The notes beneath the pieces are model-generated. The model did not search any database, was not told where the DNA came from, and worked only from the letters and a program-made list of their open reading frames with translations. This document shows, one piece after another, positions 29,301-40,737 of a stretch of DNA of 64,000 nucleotides; position 1 is the stretch's first letter; the number at the start of each line of letters is the position of its first letter. The translations under genes and the position numbers were made by a program. The stretch comes from Antedon mediterranea (Eukaryota > Animalia > Echinodermata), in the NCBI RefSeq assembly GCF_964355755.1, contig NC_092670.1:18028795-18092794 (forward strand), given 5' to 3'.

Positions 29301-32300
29301 GTTTTGGAAGTTCCTCCAAAAAGATTATCTTCTTCATCATCTAAGTCGCCAAACAGGTTAACCTCTTCCCGCTTTTCTCTAAAAAAAATTTTAAACTTAA
29401 ACGATGCAATGCACACAATCCAATTAAAAACTTCAATCAGTTCTTGATGTGATACTACTACCCAAGGTAGCTCAAAGAAAGTACTGGAATAAGAATAATA
29501 ACTGCTTTAACATCAAAAGAGGCTAAATTTGGACCAGAACATTAACACTCTACTCTCTCATCACGAAAGATGCAATGCACACAAGCCATAGACAGTATGT
29601 GCAGTACACTGGCCCTTGGTTGTAATCCGTTATCCAAGAAGACTTGTTCTACCATCAGAACTGTGGTCAAGGATGAAACTTGCATCTTAAGGCGCCCTAG
29701 CCTTAACCGCTTGACTGCAAGCTTAGAAGTAAGATACAGTCACACTGACTTTATGCCCAAAAAATTATACCTTCTCTAGGAATTATGGAAGAAAACTTGA
29801 AATTTTATTCTGTGTTTTCAACTATAGGTAATAATTGTTGTTTTAATTCCTTTATTTTTAATAGTTTCTGTTGCTAACATGAAGTGGATAGTTCTTTGCT
29901 CATTGCGCTAACTTTTTAAAAAGGTGTTAGAATGTAATAACATTTTAAATGGTAAATTGTAAATCAGAAAGTATCAAAATACAACTTGCATGCACCATAC
30001 AATTTATACATAAGAAACTATAAACTGTTAGTTGAGAAAATTTTCAAAAATTGTAAGATTGTATTTTGATAACCTATCACCAAACTTGTAATTTTTTTTG
30101 GTTGGTATTGATAAATTGCGTTGAAGATTTTGAAATTCTACTTGACTGATATTACATTAAACGTGTGAAAAAAAAAGCAACAACACTGTTACAGGAGTTT
30201 TAGCTTGCTGGTTAATATTCTCAGACTCCTGGGTTCAATTACTTAAGATTTGTTTATGTAGAAATCTTATTCTTTTTTTTTTTTTTTATTTAACAAAACT
30301 GTATAATAATGGTTGAGATTTACATAGCGCCATATCTATGATAATAATCATCTATGGACTTACACTATTCAACAACATTTTTCTTCTCTAAGGTTTTCCT
30401 CATGTTGGTGCTGTCGACGACTGGGCTATGTGAGTTGGTACACCGGGGGAACCCTCTACTCATCTTAAAAAATGTACTGGTTTTTTTAAGTGCACACACA
30501 TATTTTGTTTACATTTAACCTATAGTTTATAGTCCTCCGCGAAAAAATTGATCTACTACCAGAACTGTGGAGCGAGTGAACCTCGAACCTTTGCCATAAA
30601 AATTAAGGATTACAGTTATACTGTCGTAACTACTCGGCACTCACTCCCACATAAATTATTGCTGTAAATGTGTTGTTTTTCTTCAATATGTAGAGACTAA
30701 AGAACCTTAACATAAACCACTTAAATATACTACTAGCGAATGCTTTTACTATGCCATTTGATTTGTTTTGTTGAGATGTCACAGACAGGATAATGTCAGG
30801 TGTGAGTTATGTTGTAATGCATGTAAAAGAGACATTTCTATTATTTTTGTTAAACGAATAAAGACCATTCTCAAAACACACAACACTGTTTTATTTATTT
30901 TTTTCATTTATAGGGTGATGCATACATTCCTATTATTATATTTTCAAATTTACCTTGAAGCGACTGCATTGTTCACCAGTTTAAAAAAAAAAGGTTTGTA
31001 TGAATGAATGAATCCTTTTACAGGGTCACAAGTAATGTGGATTTTTTAAAAACATTTATCATAATTGACAACCAGAGGTTTTGAAGTCCAATGTATGACA
31101 CGCTACAAATTGAAAAATAGCATGTATGGTAAAATGCCTAATCTACTGTAGAAGAGAGAGATAACAAATTCACATAATAAAGTAAGAAGATAAAAGACCC
31201 ACTGGCGACAAGAGAGAAACTTTCAGGTTTAATGATTATACATACATCTTTTGTTCATTGGTCGACTGCTTCTTGTTTTCACCATTTATTTCTTTAGATT
31301 GTTTAGAGGGAGTTCTATTTCTATTTTCAGCTGTCTTTATTTGTTCCTCTGTAAGGCCTGCAAAATAATAAGAACAAAATTGTTTTTTTTCCACTACTTT
31401 CAATATTAATAATAAAGAATTATTTGTGTCTCTGAAATAATAATCACATTATACACCCTAAAGGAAAATAATAATATTATTCTCCATGTCGTTATAGTTA
31501 CTCATTAAAGTAACTTATGAAAGTAAAATGTTTAATCTAAGGTACAGTAGATGCCATTTATTGATTAAAACATTTTATAAAATATTTTATATATTTCTTC
31601 CCTTTAAAGCTCAGGTACAGGCAAGAATTTTAAATATAATATCTGGTTAATTGTACATAAATCAAATATTTAATAACCAAAATCAATACGAAAAAACATG
31701 AATTTCCCTTAATAATAATATGGGCAAATTCAAAATTTGGCAATATTCTGCCATAAAAACCAGGAAGACTTTTTATCAGTATTTAGGTAGTTAACCTACT
31801 GTAATGTAATAACATGTCTGGTGACTCCATAGCTTGAAAATAAAAATCTGAAGTTGAATAAAAATACCAAAAATGTAAAATTCAAGTTAAATTACCTATA
31901 TTTAGTCGTCTGTTAACATTTTTTACCACACCGTTTAGTTCATAGCTTTTTAAAATGCCTCTCTATTTACAAAATTTGTGTACAAAAGAATAGAGCTTTT
32001 ACTGTCCCCCCCCCCCCCCCCCACTAATAAGAAAGTACTTATTTTCAACAAGCTCGTGTAACACAAATAAAATACCAAAAATGTAATGAAACATAGGGGA
32101 AACTATAGATCGATAATTATTGGAGTGTATGATCAATAGAAATTTTTTGCCCGCACCTGGCCTTTAAAACAGAAAGTCTGTCTTTACCTCCGGAGGTATA
32201 TGTAGTCGATCACATGCATCTGCTTTATTTATTTATTTCATTTCCCAACCAACAGTGAACTCATGGTTCACCACTTACAGAAGGGAACACAGACAAACAC

Positions 32301-35300
32301 GTACACATACAATAAGAAATATTAAACTAAACTACTAACAATAGGAAGGTTTCGCAACCTTACGAATACGATAACAAAAACGGATACGTCATACATTTGT
32401 GAAACTTTTGAGCTGATCCCCATTTCGTATTCGTAAAGCGTATTCGTGTTGACGAATATCACCAGTCATATTCGTAACTACAAAACGAGTATAGTTTTTG
32501 ATCTATTTTGCACATTTTGCATTTGAATCAGGAATGATTCATGATTATAATATAATTATAGATTTATTGAAAGTAATTTACTAAAGTAATTTACTAAAAT
32601 GCCAAGTCAATTTTGATAAATAGCAGTTTTTAAAGTCCTCACTCGCTTTGATGTTACACTAGGCCTAGGCAGCCAAGCACCAAGCAACACGTACCTGCGC
32701 TTTGCTCAAATTTACCGCAGTCATATTTTGGACGACGCGCCTCAATATTTCGTTGCCATGCAAAACAGATTTTTTTATGGCTTAAAACGAATACGTGTGC
32801 GTGACGTATCCGTTTTCGTTATCGTATTCGTAAGATTGAGAAACCTCTCTATTGTTACGAAACTTACGGAGATCATTACTAAAAATATCTAACTAAGGGT
32901 TTCTTAAAGTAAAGAATTATAAGTTTGACTTATTCTACTAATAAAACCATTTTTTAAAACATTTACTCTACTAAAAGAAATATGGAAAGAGGATTTCTTC
33001 TAAGACGACAACAAGGTACTCTAAGATAAAAATAAAACTAAGTTACAGTCAAATAAAGAATTAACACATTTATACAAAAAAAACAAGATCAAAAAAGGTT
33101 CTACAGGACTCAGGAGATTGGACATGGAAATGAAAATCAAGATTCTGGTTGTGGCTGATGTAGCGTAAAAAAACGGCTATGCAGACGCTGAATGCGCGTA
33201 GACTGAGTTTTCGAAATAGAACTAAAAATAACAGAACTAAAGTTGAGAATTGATAGATTGAAAAATAAAGGTGGATTTTGGTTTGCCTGTCAAAATGTTT
33301 ACAATTAATACGCCACATCAGCCCAAGCAGTCAATTGCAACAAGATAAGCAATGTGAAAAGAAAAACAAAGGGAACTATCAATAAAAACACCAAGATCTT
33401 TTTGCGATTGCACCCTATTAATGGGATTGTCATTAATTAAATAATTATGAAATAAAGTGTTCTTTTTCAAAGTAATATAGTTAAAATATTGAACTTTACT
33501 GGATTGAGGGACATATCCCACAAAGCAACATAATTTGTCCAAGTCCACCCGAAGCCTGTCAGCATCCCTCAACAATTTGATTTAATGTACAGGTTTTTGG
33601 ATATGAGTAGTTTTACAAAAACCTATTTCTTTTCACATTCACCCATTTGTAATTTCTGTTCTATTGTTTACAGGTGAAATGCTGCATGGTTACATAACCA
33701 TTACACCAAATTCATATACACATGGTTGTAGTGAAATTAGCCCAATCACTTACAGTATTAAGACACAAAAATAATTTTTTTTTTTCAGGGAAATCTTATT
33801 TAGGAGAATTTACAGAGGCAAAGGTATGCACTCTCAGAGTGGCATTCTAGTTCTAGGAAAATTTTGGGTTTAAATTAATTTTTTTTTCAATTAATTTAAT
33901 GATCATCTAACTAATGCATTCACCAAGATCATAATTTACCTCCGCCAAGGAGGTATATGCAATCGGTAGCGTGTGTTTGTTACTTGGCCAAATTGAAAAT
34001 TGGCCAATTATGTTGATTGGTGCGGTTTGTGTGTGTGTGTGTTTGTTTGTCATCACTCTAGCGCTCACAATTTTGATTCGAATGAGTCCTAATTACTACC
34101 ATACATGTCTCCTGGTGCAAGGACGACACTGCCCAATTTTGGTTAAAATCCGGACCACGGTCCCAATTCTGTACCACTTTTTAGATTATGTTCAGACCTG
34201 CTAGTGTTAAAAGATAGGACAGAATTTTCAAAAGCCGGTGAGCAGTCTTAAGGTAACAAGTAAACTAAAATTAGATTTTCTCGAGAACTACTTGTCCAAA
34301 AAACTTCATTTTTGTACAAGAGGCATGAGTTATAATTTGTGATTTGTAATTTTAAAACATAATTTGATTTAATGTGCACGTTTTTTGATGCGAGTAGTTT
34401 AAAAAACCTATTTCTTTTTAAATTCACTCGTTTGATTTTCGCGTTGCTGTTCTATTGTTATTCAACTGAAGCTATTGTTAATTGTGAAATTAGCCTCAAT
34501 CACAAACAGCATTAAGACCCACACAAATATATATATATTTTTTTTTTCCGGAGACATCTTAGAGAATTTTACAGTAGGCGAATTTATGCACTCTCGGAGT
34601 GGCTTTCTAGTTAAATTATGTAAATAAGCACATATTTTTAATTCCAGAAAATGATTCCATTGTTATTTGATAGTTCAAATTGAATATCATTTTACGTGAT
34701 TAAAATAAAGTCGTTTTTAATACACAACAAATCATGTCTTTAACTACCCACCTGTAGTTGTAGGTGGAAAGAGACAACGTGATTGCCTACAGTCACATAA
34801 AATAACAATTTTTTTACAATATGGAAGCTGAAATCGAACATTTTGAATATTTTAGGTTAAAGGCAAAAATATGGGAGAGGGAATATAAACATTTAGAACA
34901 AACTCGAAGGAAATGTCAACTTAATAACATGTCAAAAATATTTATATATGGCCTAAGCTCTTAGTATAGATACTGTACCTCCACCACTAGTGGGGATTAA
35001 ATTGTCTTTAAAAATCAAGCACCTTTAAAAGTTAGTGAGAGCGATAGGCTTATTTCTTTAAATAAAGGTTTGTCGAAAAACAAAGAGAAAGGAAAGATAG
35101 GAAGGAAAAAGTGTATTATCACTTACCGAGAAAAGTTAACACAATACTACTGAAGCATATCTTTGGATTTTGAGCTATGGCTTTCATAAGCTTATCGAAT
35201 GCTATACGTCTTTCTGACTGTGTACTATCCTTCATCATTAGTAATTTCTTTGGCAGGTCGGGCAAGATGGTAGCAGGGTACTTTTCTCCTAAAGCTTTGT

Positions 35301-37379
35301 GAAGTGCTTCAAATTGGTTGTACCTTTTAGGAACCTGTAGAATACATAATGCATTAGTTGCCTTTATATAATACCTAAATAAATTCCTGTCATTTGATTG
35401 GACGATTGTGAGTCACATGGCATGCAATAGTACGCACTATTTAACGATCGTTTAATACTATTTTTTTCTTTTTTCGCGGACAAAAAAATTCTTTTCGCAT
35501 ATGAAAAAAAATACAAAATTACCAATACCAGAGATGTCTCTGCCATTCCTGTGATTCATTTGTCGTCTCGTGGAAATATAATCTTTCATTATTCTCCCTA
35601 ACCTCGCATTATTTGTACCATTCCACAAATATAAAACATTCATTATTTACATATTCAGGGCAGTCGCAGGACTATTTTAAGGAGGTTGCCTAAGAGTCCA
35701 GGGCCATAATAGAAACCAAGTATTTGCGGCACAGGCCCCCATGGTGGGGGCTGTGGCGAAGCAAATTTTGTAAAATGACACCACCTCTAGGTGACCGGAA
35801 ATGGTACTCTTACGTAAAATTCACGATTAATGGCACCTCTAGTTTTCGCGGCAAATGACACTCTATATCTATCGGGCTACAGTACAGCAGTATTTATCCC
35901 GCCTATTTTTCCGCCGGTAAAACACGCGACTAAGGATAACAATTTTTGCGTTCAATGCGAACGTCGGAAAGTCCCACACAAACTTACTTCCGGTAAGGTA
36001 ATATTATTCTAGCAATTATAATCAATTAATACAAATTAATTACTAGGCCATTATCAATTAATAATTTTAAAAAGTTAGACAGAAAATATGAAGCTGCCGC
36101 TATAAATATATTGAGCAAAACGTTGAATTTTATTATTTTGAAATAAATGCTAAATAAGTCAGTAAAACAACAATTTCCAAAATTCATTTTCATTTATCCA
36201 CTATACTGTACAACAGTGTTGCTCAATCCACACTCAAGAAAAGAAAATATGATCGAAATTTGCAGAAATAAATTACACTGTTATTTCAAAGTTTTGAATG
36301 TACGTAATTAGGCCTACTACAGAAATTCGGCCTAATATTACGGACATAGGGAAATGAAGATAGGGGTACTACACTACTAATACTTAAATGATGTTGAATC
36401 CCCGGCAAAATGCAATAATTAAGGACAAATCAACGACCTATATGACCGGGGGTTTTCCACGTACTGTATCTTCTCATGACGCACACAAGCAATCCAAAAA
36501 AATAAGCTGACCGCCGTTAAATTGTGCACCTATAACTTTACGCTGCAGTCAGTCAATTTACATATAGACTTTTCCAACCCTGGACTTCTGTAACGTTAAT
36601 GGTTAATATATATAATGAAATGGGATCTAAATTTTAATTTAGTGGCAGGAAAAAACATTTATTATGAAATTAAGGGTGTTGCCCGGGCAACTGGGGCAAC
36701 ACCCCTGTGTCCGCCCCTGATATTAGTGTACAGTCTGCATATCTGATTTGTTTTTTCAATCTACATCATCATGTAATCATCGTCATCAAACAGAGCAAAA
36801 TTGCATCGGTAGCCGGCATTGGTGTTTGGGAAGGGAGGTTGTGTCATTCGCCGGTATTCTGGCGGATAGCAAAGCATTGTTGTTGTTTGTGAGAGGAGGT
36901 TGTGTCTTCGGTCTTCCAACCAACTGTATATAACAAAACAAGCTCTCGAACGTGAAATAGTGCGCTTATTTTGAAAAACATGACCCATAATTGTTCAATC
37001 AAATGAAAGAACTGTCATGGCCAATATAATTTACTACTAGAGGCGAAACTCGAAAATGCCACTGAATATCAAATGTGTCTTGTGTCTAATTCTCACATTT
37101 AGCAATGCTTGCCTCAGCACTAGCTTGACACCCAAATCAACAACATTTGTAAAAAGTACAGTATTTTAAAAAAGTACATTCGTTCGTTCGTTTTTATTTC
37201 ACAATGCATCAAACTTAATATTTTTACATAATAAGTATTAAATAAAAAAATGCAAAGCCTGGAAAAGACCAAATAAGCTCAATATAGAGCTTTAAGCCTG
37301 GATTCACCAGTACAAAATACACTAATAATTGTATCAATTACAATAGACAATAATTAAATATTAATTAAAGTAGTAGAAA

Positions 37380-37423
<44 letters not shown>

Positions 37424-40400
37424 TTTTATATTTTTTTTATACACAATTACGCTACAGGACAATACAAACACAACAAGAGGACAAACGTAAAGGGTATAGT
37501 ATATGTACTATCATATATACTTGCAGGAGGTGAGACAAAAAAAAAAGTTTGATGAAAAAGTTTTATTAATACGATCTGTATTGTGATAAAAGGAATTGTT
37601 TATATTTGGATTTGAATGTATTTAAGTTATTAGTATTTAGTAAGGATTGACTTAAATTATTCCATACTAGAGGACCATGGTATTTGATAGAATTCCGGAT
37701 TGTGTTATGGGTTAAATTTATTGTGGCGTAATTGTTGGCGTTTCTTGTATTGTAGTTGTGAAATTCATTATTTTTGATGAAGAAATGTTTGAAAATATTT
37801 GGAAGTTGATTGTTTGAATATCTGTGCATGAATGTGGCGATTTGTAATTTGTTAATATCGAAGATGTTTAGGGTATTAAGTTTAAAGAAAAGGGACTTTG
37901 TGTGGGCTATATAGTGAGAATTGGTACAAATGCGAATAGCCCGTTTTTGGAGTTTAAAGAGTTTGTCTAATTTAGAAATATGTGTGGAAGCCCATGGACA
38001 GAGAGTTTTATTTTTAGTATCTGTAATTCCCCAAGCAATGTTACAATAGGATAGATAAGGTAAAATTAATGTGTTATATAAAGAAAAGAGGATATTAGAG
38101 GGTAGAATATATTTAAGTTTTTTTAAGACACCGATGTTTTTTGAAATTTTATTAGCTATATTTGTTATATGGGTTTTCCAGTTTAAGTTATCATCTATAG
38201 TTACACCAAGGAACTGAGAATAAGTAACCCTTTTGATAGGAGTGTTTTCTATATGGATTGTGTTTTGATTGTCATTGCATGTTCTATTTGGAGAAAAGTG
38301 TATATATTCAGTTTTGTTTATATTTAGTGAGAGTCTATTAAGTTTAAGCCAGTGAGATATATGTTTTATTTCCTTATTAAAAATTCTAGTTAAGGTGTTG
38401 TAGTCAGGATGGGAGGAAAAAATGTTTGTGTCGTCAGCAAACAGGACGTATTCAAAAGAGTAGGAAGCGTTGATGATGTCGTTGACATAGATGAGAAAAA
38501 GTAGAGGACCAAGAATTGATCCTTGGGGCACACCGCATGTTATGGGAAGAACTTCTGAGGAGTAGGAGCCGAAAGAGGTGATTTGTTGTCTGTTTTGAAG
38601 ATAGTTAGAAAGTAGAGATAGAGGAGTTCCACGGATTCCATAGTGACTAAGTTTAGTTAAAAGAATTGTGTGGTTAATAGTGTCAAATGCTTTAGACAAG
38701 TCCAAAAATAAGCCAATAGTATGGTGGTTTTTAGATAAGGCGTTAGAGATTTTACTTTGAATGTCCAGGATTGCAAGATCAGTAGAATGTTTTGGTCTGA
38801 AGCCATATTGGTTATCATGAAAAGATTTATGTGAAGAAAGAAAGTTGTAAAGTCTTAAGTCTTATTGTACATATTAAAAAAAATAATGTTTGTATCAATT
38901 CAATTTTTGTTTGGTCAAAGTGAAAAGTGAATAACTAACTATTATGTGACATTAAAATGGCATACCTAAAAAAAAAATTTTTTATTATTTTTTTAGGGGA
39001 AAATATATTTTTAAGTCTTATTGTAAATGCGGTCCGTTATAAACTGGAATACATTGATATTTTTTGTTCATCTGTGATAATGATATGTCAAACTTTTCAG
39101 CAAGAATACCTCAGACCTGAGGTTGAGAAAGTTTGCCGCAAACTACATTTCTGGTATACTTGTTTTCTCTTTTTATCATAAATTAACCATAGAATTTACA
39201 TTTAATTTAAAGTAATATGCATTATTTTTACAAAACATAAAACAATTGTAGGGAATAGGTCTGAAAGCGTGTCAAATCTATTAACAATGAAAACCTCCCG
39301 GAATTGTTAACTTCTGGGAATATGTATTTAAAAACTATGTGATGACTAACCATGAATTGGACATTTTCATCAGAATCTGATTTGAAAATAGAATTACTGG
39401 TGATGACAATGACCTGAAACTCTTCATCTGTCAGTAATCTGCCAACCTTCTCTTTTACGGTCGGAACACTGATGTCTATCCCGGTTACAGTGTTTTTTAT
39501 TTCCCTACAAAAATGATATAAACCAGAAATAATTAGTTAGTGGATGGGAAAATAAATTACAGACAGTAGTGCCGAAAACTCCAATGGGTGAGTGGCCGAG
39601 CGGTTAAGACAGTGGAACCGTAATCACGTAGCCATAACATCGGCAGGGGTTCGAGGCTCACTCACTCCATGGTTCTGGTGGTAGAACGAGTCTTTTCGGA
39701 TAAGGACTATAAACCGTAGGTCCAGTGTACACAACTTGCTCGTGTGCACTTTAAAGAACCTAGTACATCTTTCGAGACGAGTAGGGAGTTACCCCGGTGT
39801 ATTAGTACATCACAGCCACTGATCACCAACTGGGCCCTCTGGGAGACCAGTCTTTGACATGACTGAAGAGGTTACCCAGTATAAATATATATTTCAATCA
39901 ATCAATCAATCAATGGTACGGTATGGTACGGTATGGTCCTAACTACACATTCTATATTGCGATGATGACATCAGTCTTTGGTGCATATATAAAGTAGTAG
40001 TATGGATAGGGTCCTACTAAAACCCCTCCTGAGTGCACGAAAAACATAAATAGGCCTACGCCTCTAGGCCTATATAATATTATTATACAACTGTTCTGAT
40101 CTGTTTGGTCTTCGGGCGTTTATTTCAGTATCTCGGGTTGTTCAGGCATTCTCCCAGCAGGTTTTAGTAGGACCGGTAGTATAAAACAATAGGAACCTAG
40201 GCTAGGCCTTCTGCTGTCTGTTTATCAGGTCTAAGCCAGAATCATGTGACACTTCCAGCATGCAGACTACAGTCTACTAGGTTCTGATTCAGCACACAAC
40301 AAAAACAAAACAATCCTCCTGACTGACCTGGTCGTCTGCCTAGGCCCTATATATGTGTCTGTATAAACTATCTTAATACCTAATTATATTACGTAATATT

Positions 40401-40438
40401 ATTAATTACCTAGTGGTAATTGTTGGCGTGGTTGTCAT
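2207..40438 (-). CDS. HS1BP3: HCLS1-binding protein 3 (PX-domain protein); 3' end lies beyond the left edge
   Basis: Phase-consistent exons 40438-40410 (MTTTPTITTR), 39504-39351 (EIKNTVTGIDISVP..EFQVIVIT..VQFM), 35334-35127 (VPKRYNQFEALH..ILPDLPKK..ERRIAFDKLM..FLG), 31357-31246, 29378-29158 (NLFGDLDDEEDNLF..KPKP) and 2333-2207 (MFADPDLED..EDNSELL). These resemble remembered human HS1BP3 segments TGLDLTVP, VQFLVSKKY, LPPLPRK, ERRAVF and LFDDPDL. The first five exons are well supported; the distal exon is somewhat less certain. Confidence 0.85.
2543..2818 (+). mobile_element. Degraded tRNA-derived SINE of a second family (CORE-like centre)
   Basis: Degenerate A/B boxes followed by tccttaggcaagacactt..ctctccacccaggtgtataaatgggta, and an AAT-rich tail. 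Confidence 0.55.
3357..3503. mobile_element. PIF/Harbinger-type MITE, family A
   Basis: TIRs AGCTCTGTCTACACTATC / GATAGTGTAGACAGAGCT, TSD TTA. Confidence 0.85.
3558..4624. mobile_element. Non-autonomous TIR DNA transposon, hAT5-like (5-bp TSD)
   Basis: TIRs CAGGCCCGTAGCCAGG / CCTGGCTACGGCCCTG, TSD ATTTC on both sides, no transposase motifs inside. Confidence 0.75.
6149..6309. mobile_element. MITE family A copy
   Basis: Same TIRs, TSD TAA. Confidence 0.85.
6921..7129. mobile_element. PIF/Harbinger-type MITE, family B (other copies or fragments at ~11466-11590, 15350-15421, 24180-24245, 48764-48917, 50676-50720)
   Basis: TIRs AGC(T/G)TGGTTCCCACTAG / CTAGTGGGAACCAAGCT, TSD TTA, internal GCAACGCAA motifs. 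Confidence 0.75.
8536..10353 (-). CDS. Class A peptide GPCR of the ghrelin/motilin/neuromedin-U/neurotensin receptor family, about 437 aa
   Basis: Exons 10353-9348 and 8843-8536, joined by a phase-1 intron (KLL-G|CG-IVA). Motifs: GN (TM1), NYYLLCLAVSD, PWIFG, ERYVAICHP, RRQVVKLLAIV, CWLPYH, INPILYNMMSKKFR. First in-frame ATG at 10353; a splice acceptor at 10433-10434 implies upstream UTR exons. Confidence 0.9.
9000..9330. repeat. ACTGCAGT / TTGCAGTAA-rich degenerate repeat filling most of the GPCR intron
   Basis: Many copies of actgcagta and attgcagtaa; shorter copies near 11620, 15610 and 15800. Confidence 0.7.
13130..13800. repeat. AC-rich tandem repeat with a unit of roughly 65-90 bp
   Basis: Repeated aaccaactaataccagacacacctactaaaccacctaaccagtcaacacatctaccaa. 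Confidence 0.85.
14901..15041. mobile_element. MITE family A copy
   Basis: agctctgtctacactatcaaac ... gtttgatagtgtagacagag. Confidence 0.8.
16420..17378. repeat. 52-bp minisatellite, about 18 copies
   Basis: Unit gcaatgtttcaatgtgaaccaatttagagactgttacatcattttattatta; period measured 16466 to 16518. Confidence 0.95.
18068..18419. mobile_element. TIR element (P-like termini, no clear TSD)
   Basis: (T/C)ATAGAGTATCAC(G/A)GTG..TGAC.TCAC inverted repeats at both ends. Confidence 0.55.
19100..19228. mobile_element. MITE family A copy (left end eroded)
   Basis: acactatcaa..gtgtgatgtgccc..gtttgatagtgtagacaaagct. Confidence 0.75.
20024..20633. repeat. Degenerate (GAT)n microsatellite
   Basis: About 600 bp of gat/gata/aat triplets. 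Confidence 0.95.
22940..23257. repeat. ~102-bp tandem repeat, about 3 copies
   Basis: gtcag(a/g)catgacccataggacc..aactgatgagggg at about 22940, 23042, 23144 and 23246. Confidence 0.9.
23930..24051. mobile_element. MITE family A partial copy
   Basis: Internal core plus the right TIR gatagtgtagacagagct-tta. Confidence 0.7.
27141..27282. mobile_element. MITE family A partial copy
   Basis: ctagtttga..gtgtgatgtgc..gggcacatcac..gtttgatagtgtagac. Confidence 0.7.
27566..27702. repeat. ~20-bp tandem repeat
   Basis: tctgacatcaaacagtgacc, about 6 copies. Confidence 0.8.
30300..30650 (-). mobile_element. Degraded copy of the same Deu-like SINE (a further fragment lies at ~29590-29670)
   Basis: Reverse-complement matches to the 39585 element: cctcgaacc, ctaccagaac, tttatagtcct, acaccgggg. 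Confidence 0.6.
31608..32163. mobile_element. Kolobok-like non-autonomous element (TTAA TSD)
   Basis: Termini AGCTCAGGTACAGGCAAGAATTT and the reverse complement of AGGCCAGGTGCGGGCAAAAAATTT; TTAA on both sides. Confidence 0.55.
32222..33575 (-). mobile_element. Degraded CR1-like LINE 3' fragment
   Basis: RVQSQKDLGVFIDSSLCFSFHI resembles the CR1 RT C-terminus; (TAAA)n tail near 32224. Confidence 0.6.
32343..32850. mobile_element. Non-autonomous TIR element nested in the CR1 fragment
   Basis: ~50-bp imperfect TIRs aggtttcgcaaccttacgaatacgataac..cggatacgtca / tgacgtatccg..gttatcgtattcgtaagattgagaaacct; AT on both sides. Confidence 0.7.
33935..34612 (+). mobile_element. Helitron/Helentron-like non-autonomous element; a related interrupted copy spans ~32183-33851
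   Basis: 5' end tttacctccgccaaggagg, internal (GT)n, 3' hairpin gcactctcggagtg followed by ttctagtt. The 3' ~270 bp is repeated at ~33575-33851 and the 5' end at 32183. Confidence 0.55.
35656..36719. mobile_element. Second non-autonomous hAT5-like element (5-bp TSD)
   Basis: Termini CAGGGCAGTCGCAGG / CCTGTGTCCGCCCCTG, TSD ATATT at 35651-35655 and 36720-36724. Confidence 0.7.
37180..38866 (-). mobile_element. 5'-truncated L2/Crack-like (CR1-group) LINE in HS1BP3 intron 2
   Basis: RT frame QYGFRPKHST..FLDLSKAFDTINH..GVPQGSILGPLLF..FADD..FLGV (ORF 37566-38705, extendable to ~38858). The 3' UTR ends in AATAAA plus a (CGAA)n tail; possible TSD gtacat at 37174 and 38867. Confidence 0.88.
39585..39915 (+). 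mobile_element. tRNA-derived SINE with a Deu/Nin-like central domain, in HS1BP3 intron 1
   Basis: A box TGGCCGAGCGG, B box GGTTCGAGGC, core CGGATAAGGACTATAAACCGTAGGTCC..TAAAGAACC..GAGTAGGGAGTTACCCCGGTGT (similar to the remembered DeuSINE core), and a (TCAA)n tail. Confidence 0.75.
40010..40174. mobile_element. Small inverted-repeat element in HS1BP3 intron 1
   Basis: Perfect 15-bp inverted repeat GGTCCTACTAAAACC / GGTTTTAGTAGGACC. Confidence 0.5.
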
Positions 40439-40737
40439 TCTTGTTGATATTTTAAAACAACACACACAAAACAAAAACACACACACATAAACTTTTTGTT
40501 GAATGTACGATCCGACTACCTAAGTTATTACAATTTTGAAACCAAAAAGAAGCAGCCTAACTACAACTTATTTGGCATTACAATATTCATTTTCAATAAA
40601 TAAAATTTATTAATTTATTTATACCTTTAATATAATATATTACATTTTTAATTAATAATTTTATATTCCTTCACTGCCCACTCTACTAAAACACACTACG
40701 TTAGTGGGTCCACCGGTATCACCGACAAAATGGCTGC
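40439..40737. promoter_or_regulatory. Bidirectional promoter region shared by HS1BP3 and UQCRB, with a YY1-type motif over the UQCRB start codon
   Basis: Divergent ATGs at 40438 (-) and 40730 (+). CAAAATGGCTGC at 40726-40737 fits the YY1 consensus CAANATGGCNGC. Confidence 0.6.

Noticed and set aside
29085-29447. 120-aa plus-strand ORF
   Set aside because: It is the antisense shadow of HS1BP3 exon 5.
39585-39670. tRNA gene
   Set aside because: The A/B boxes are followed by a SINE core and a simple-repeat tail, and degraded copies occur elsewhere in the window.
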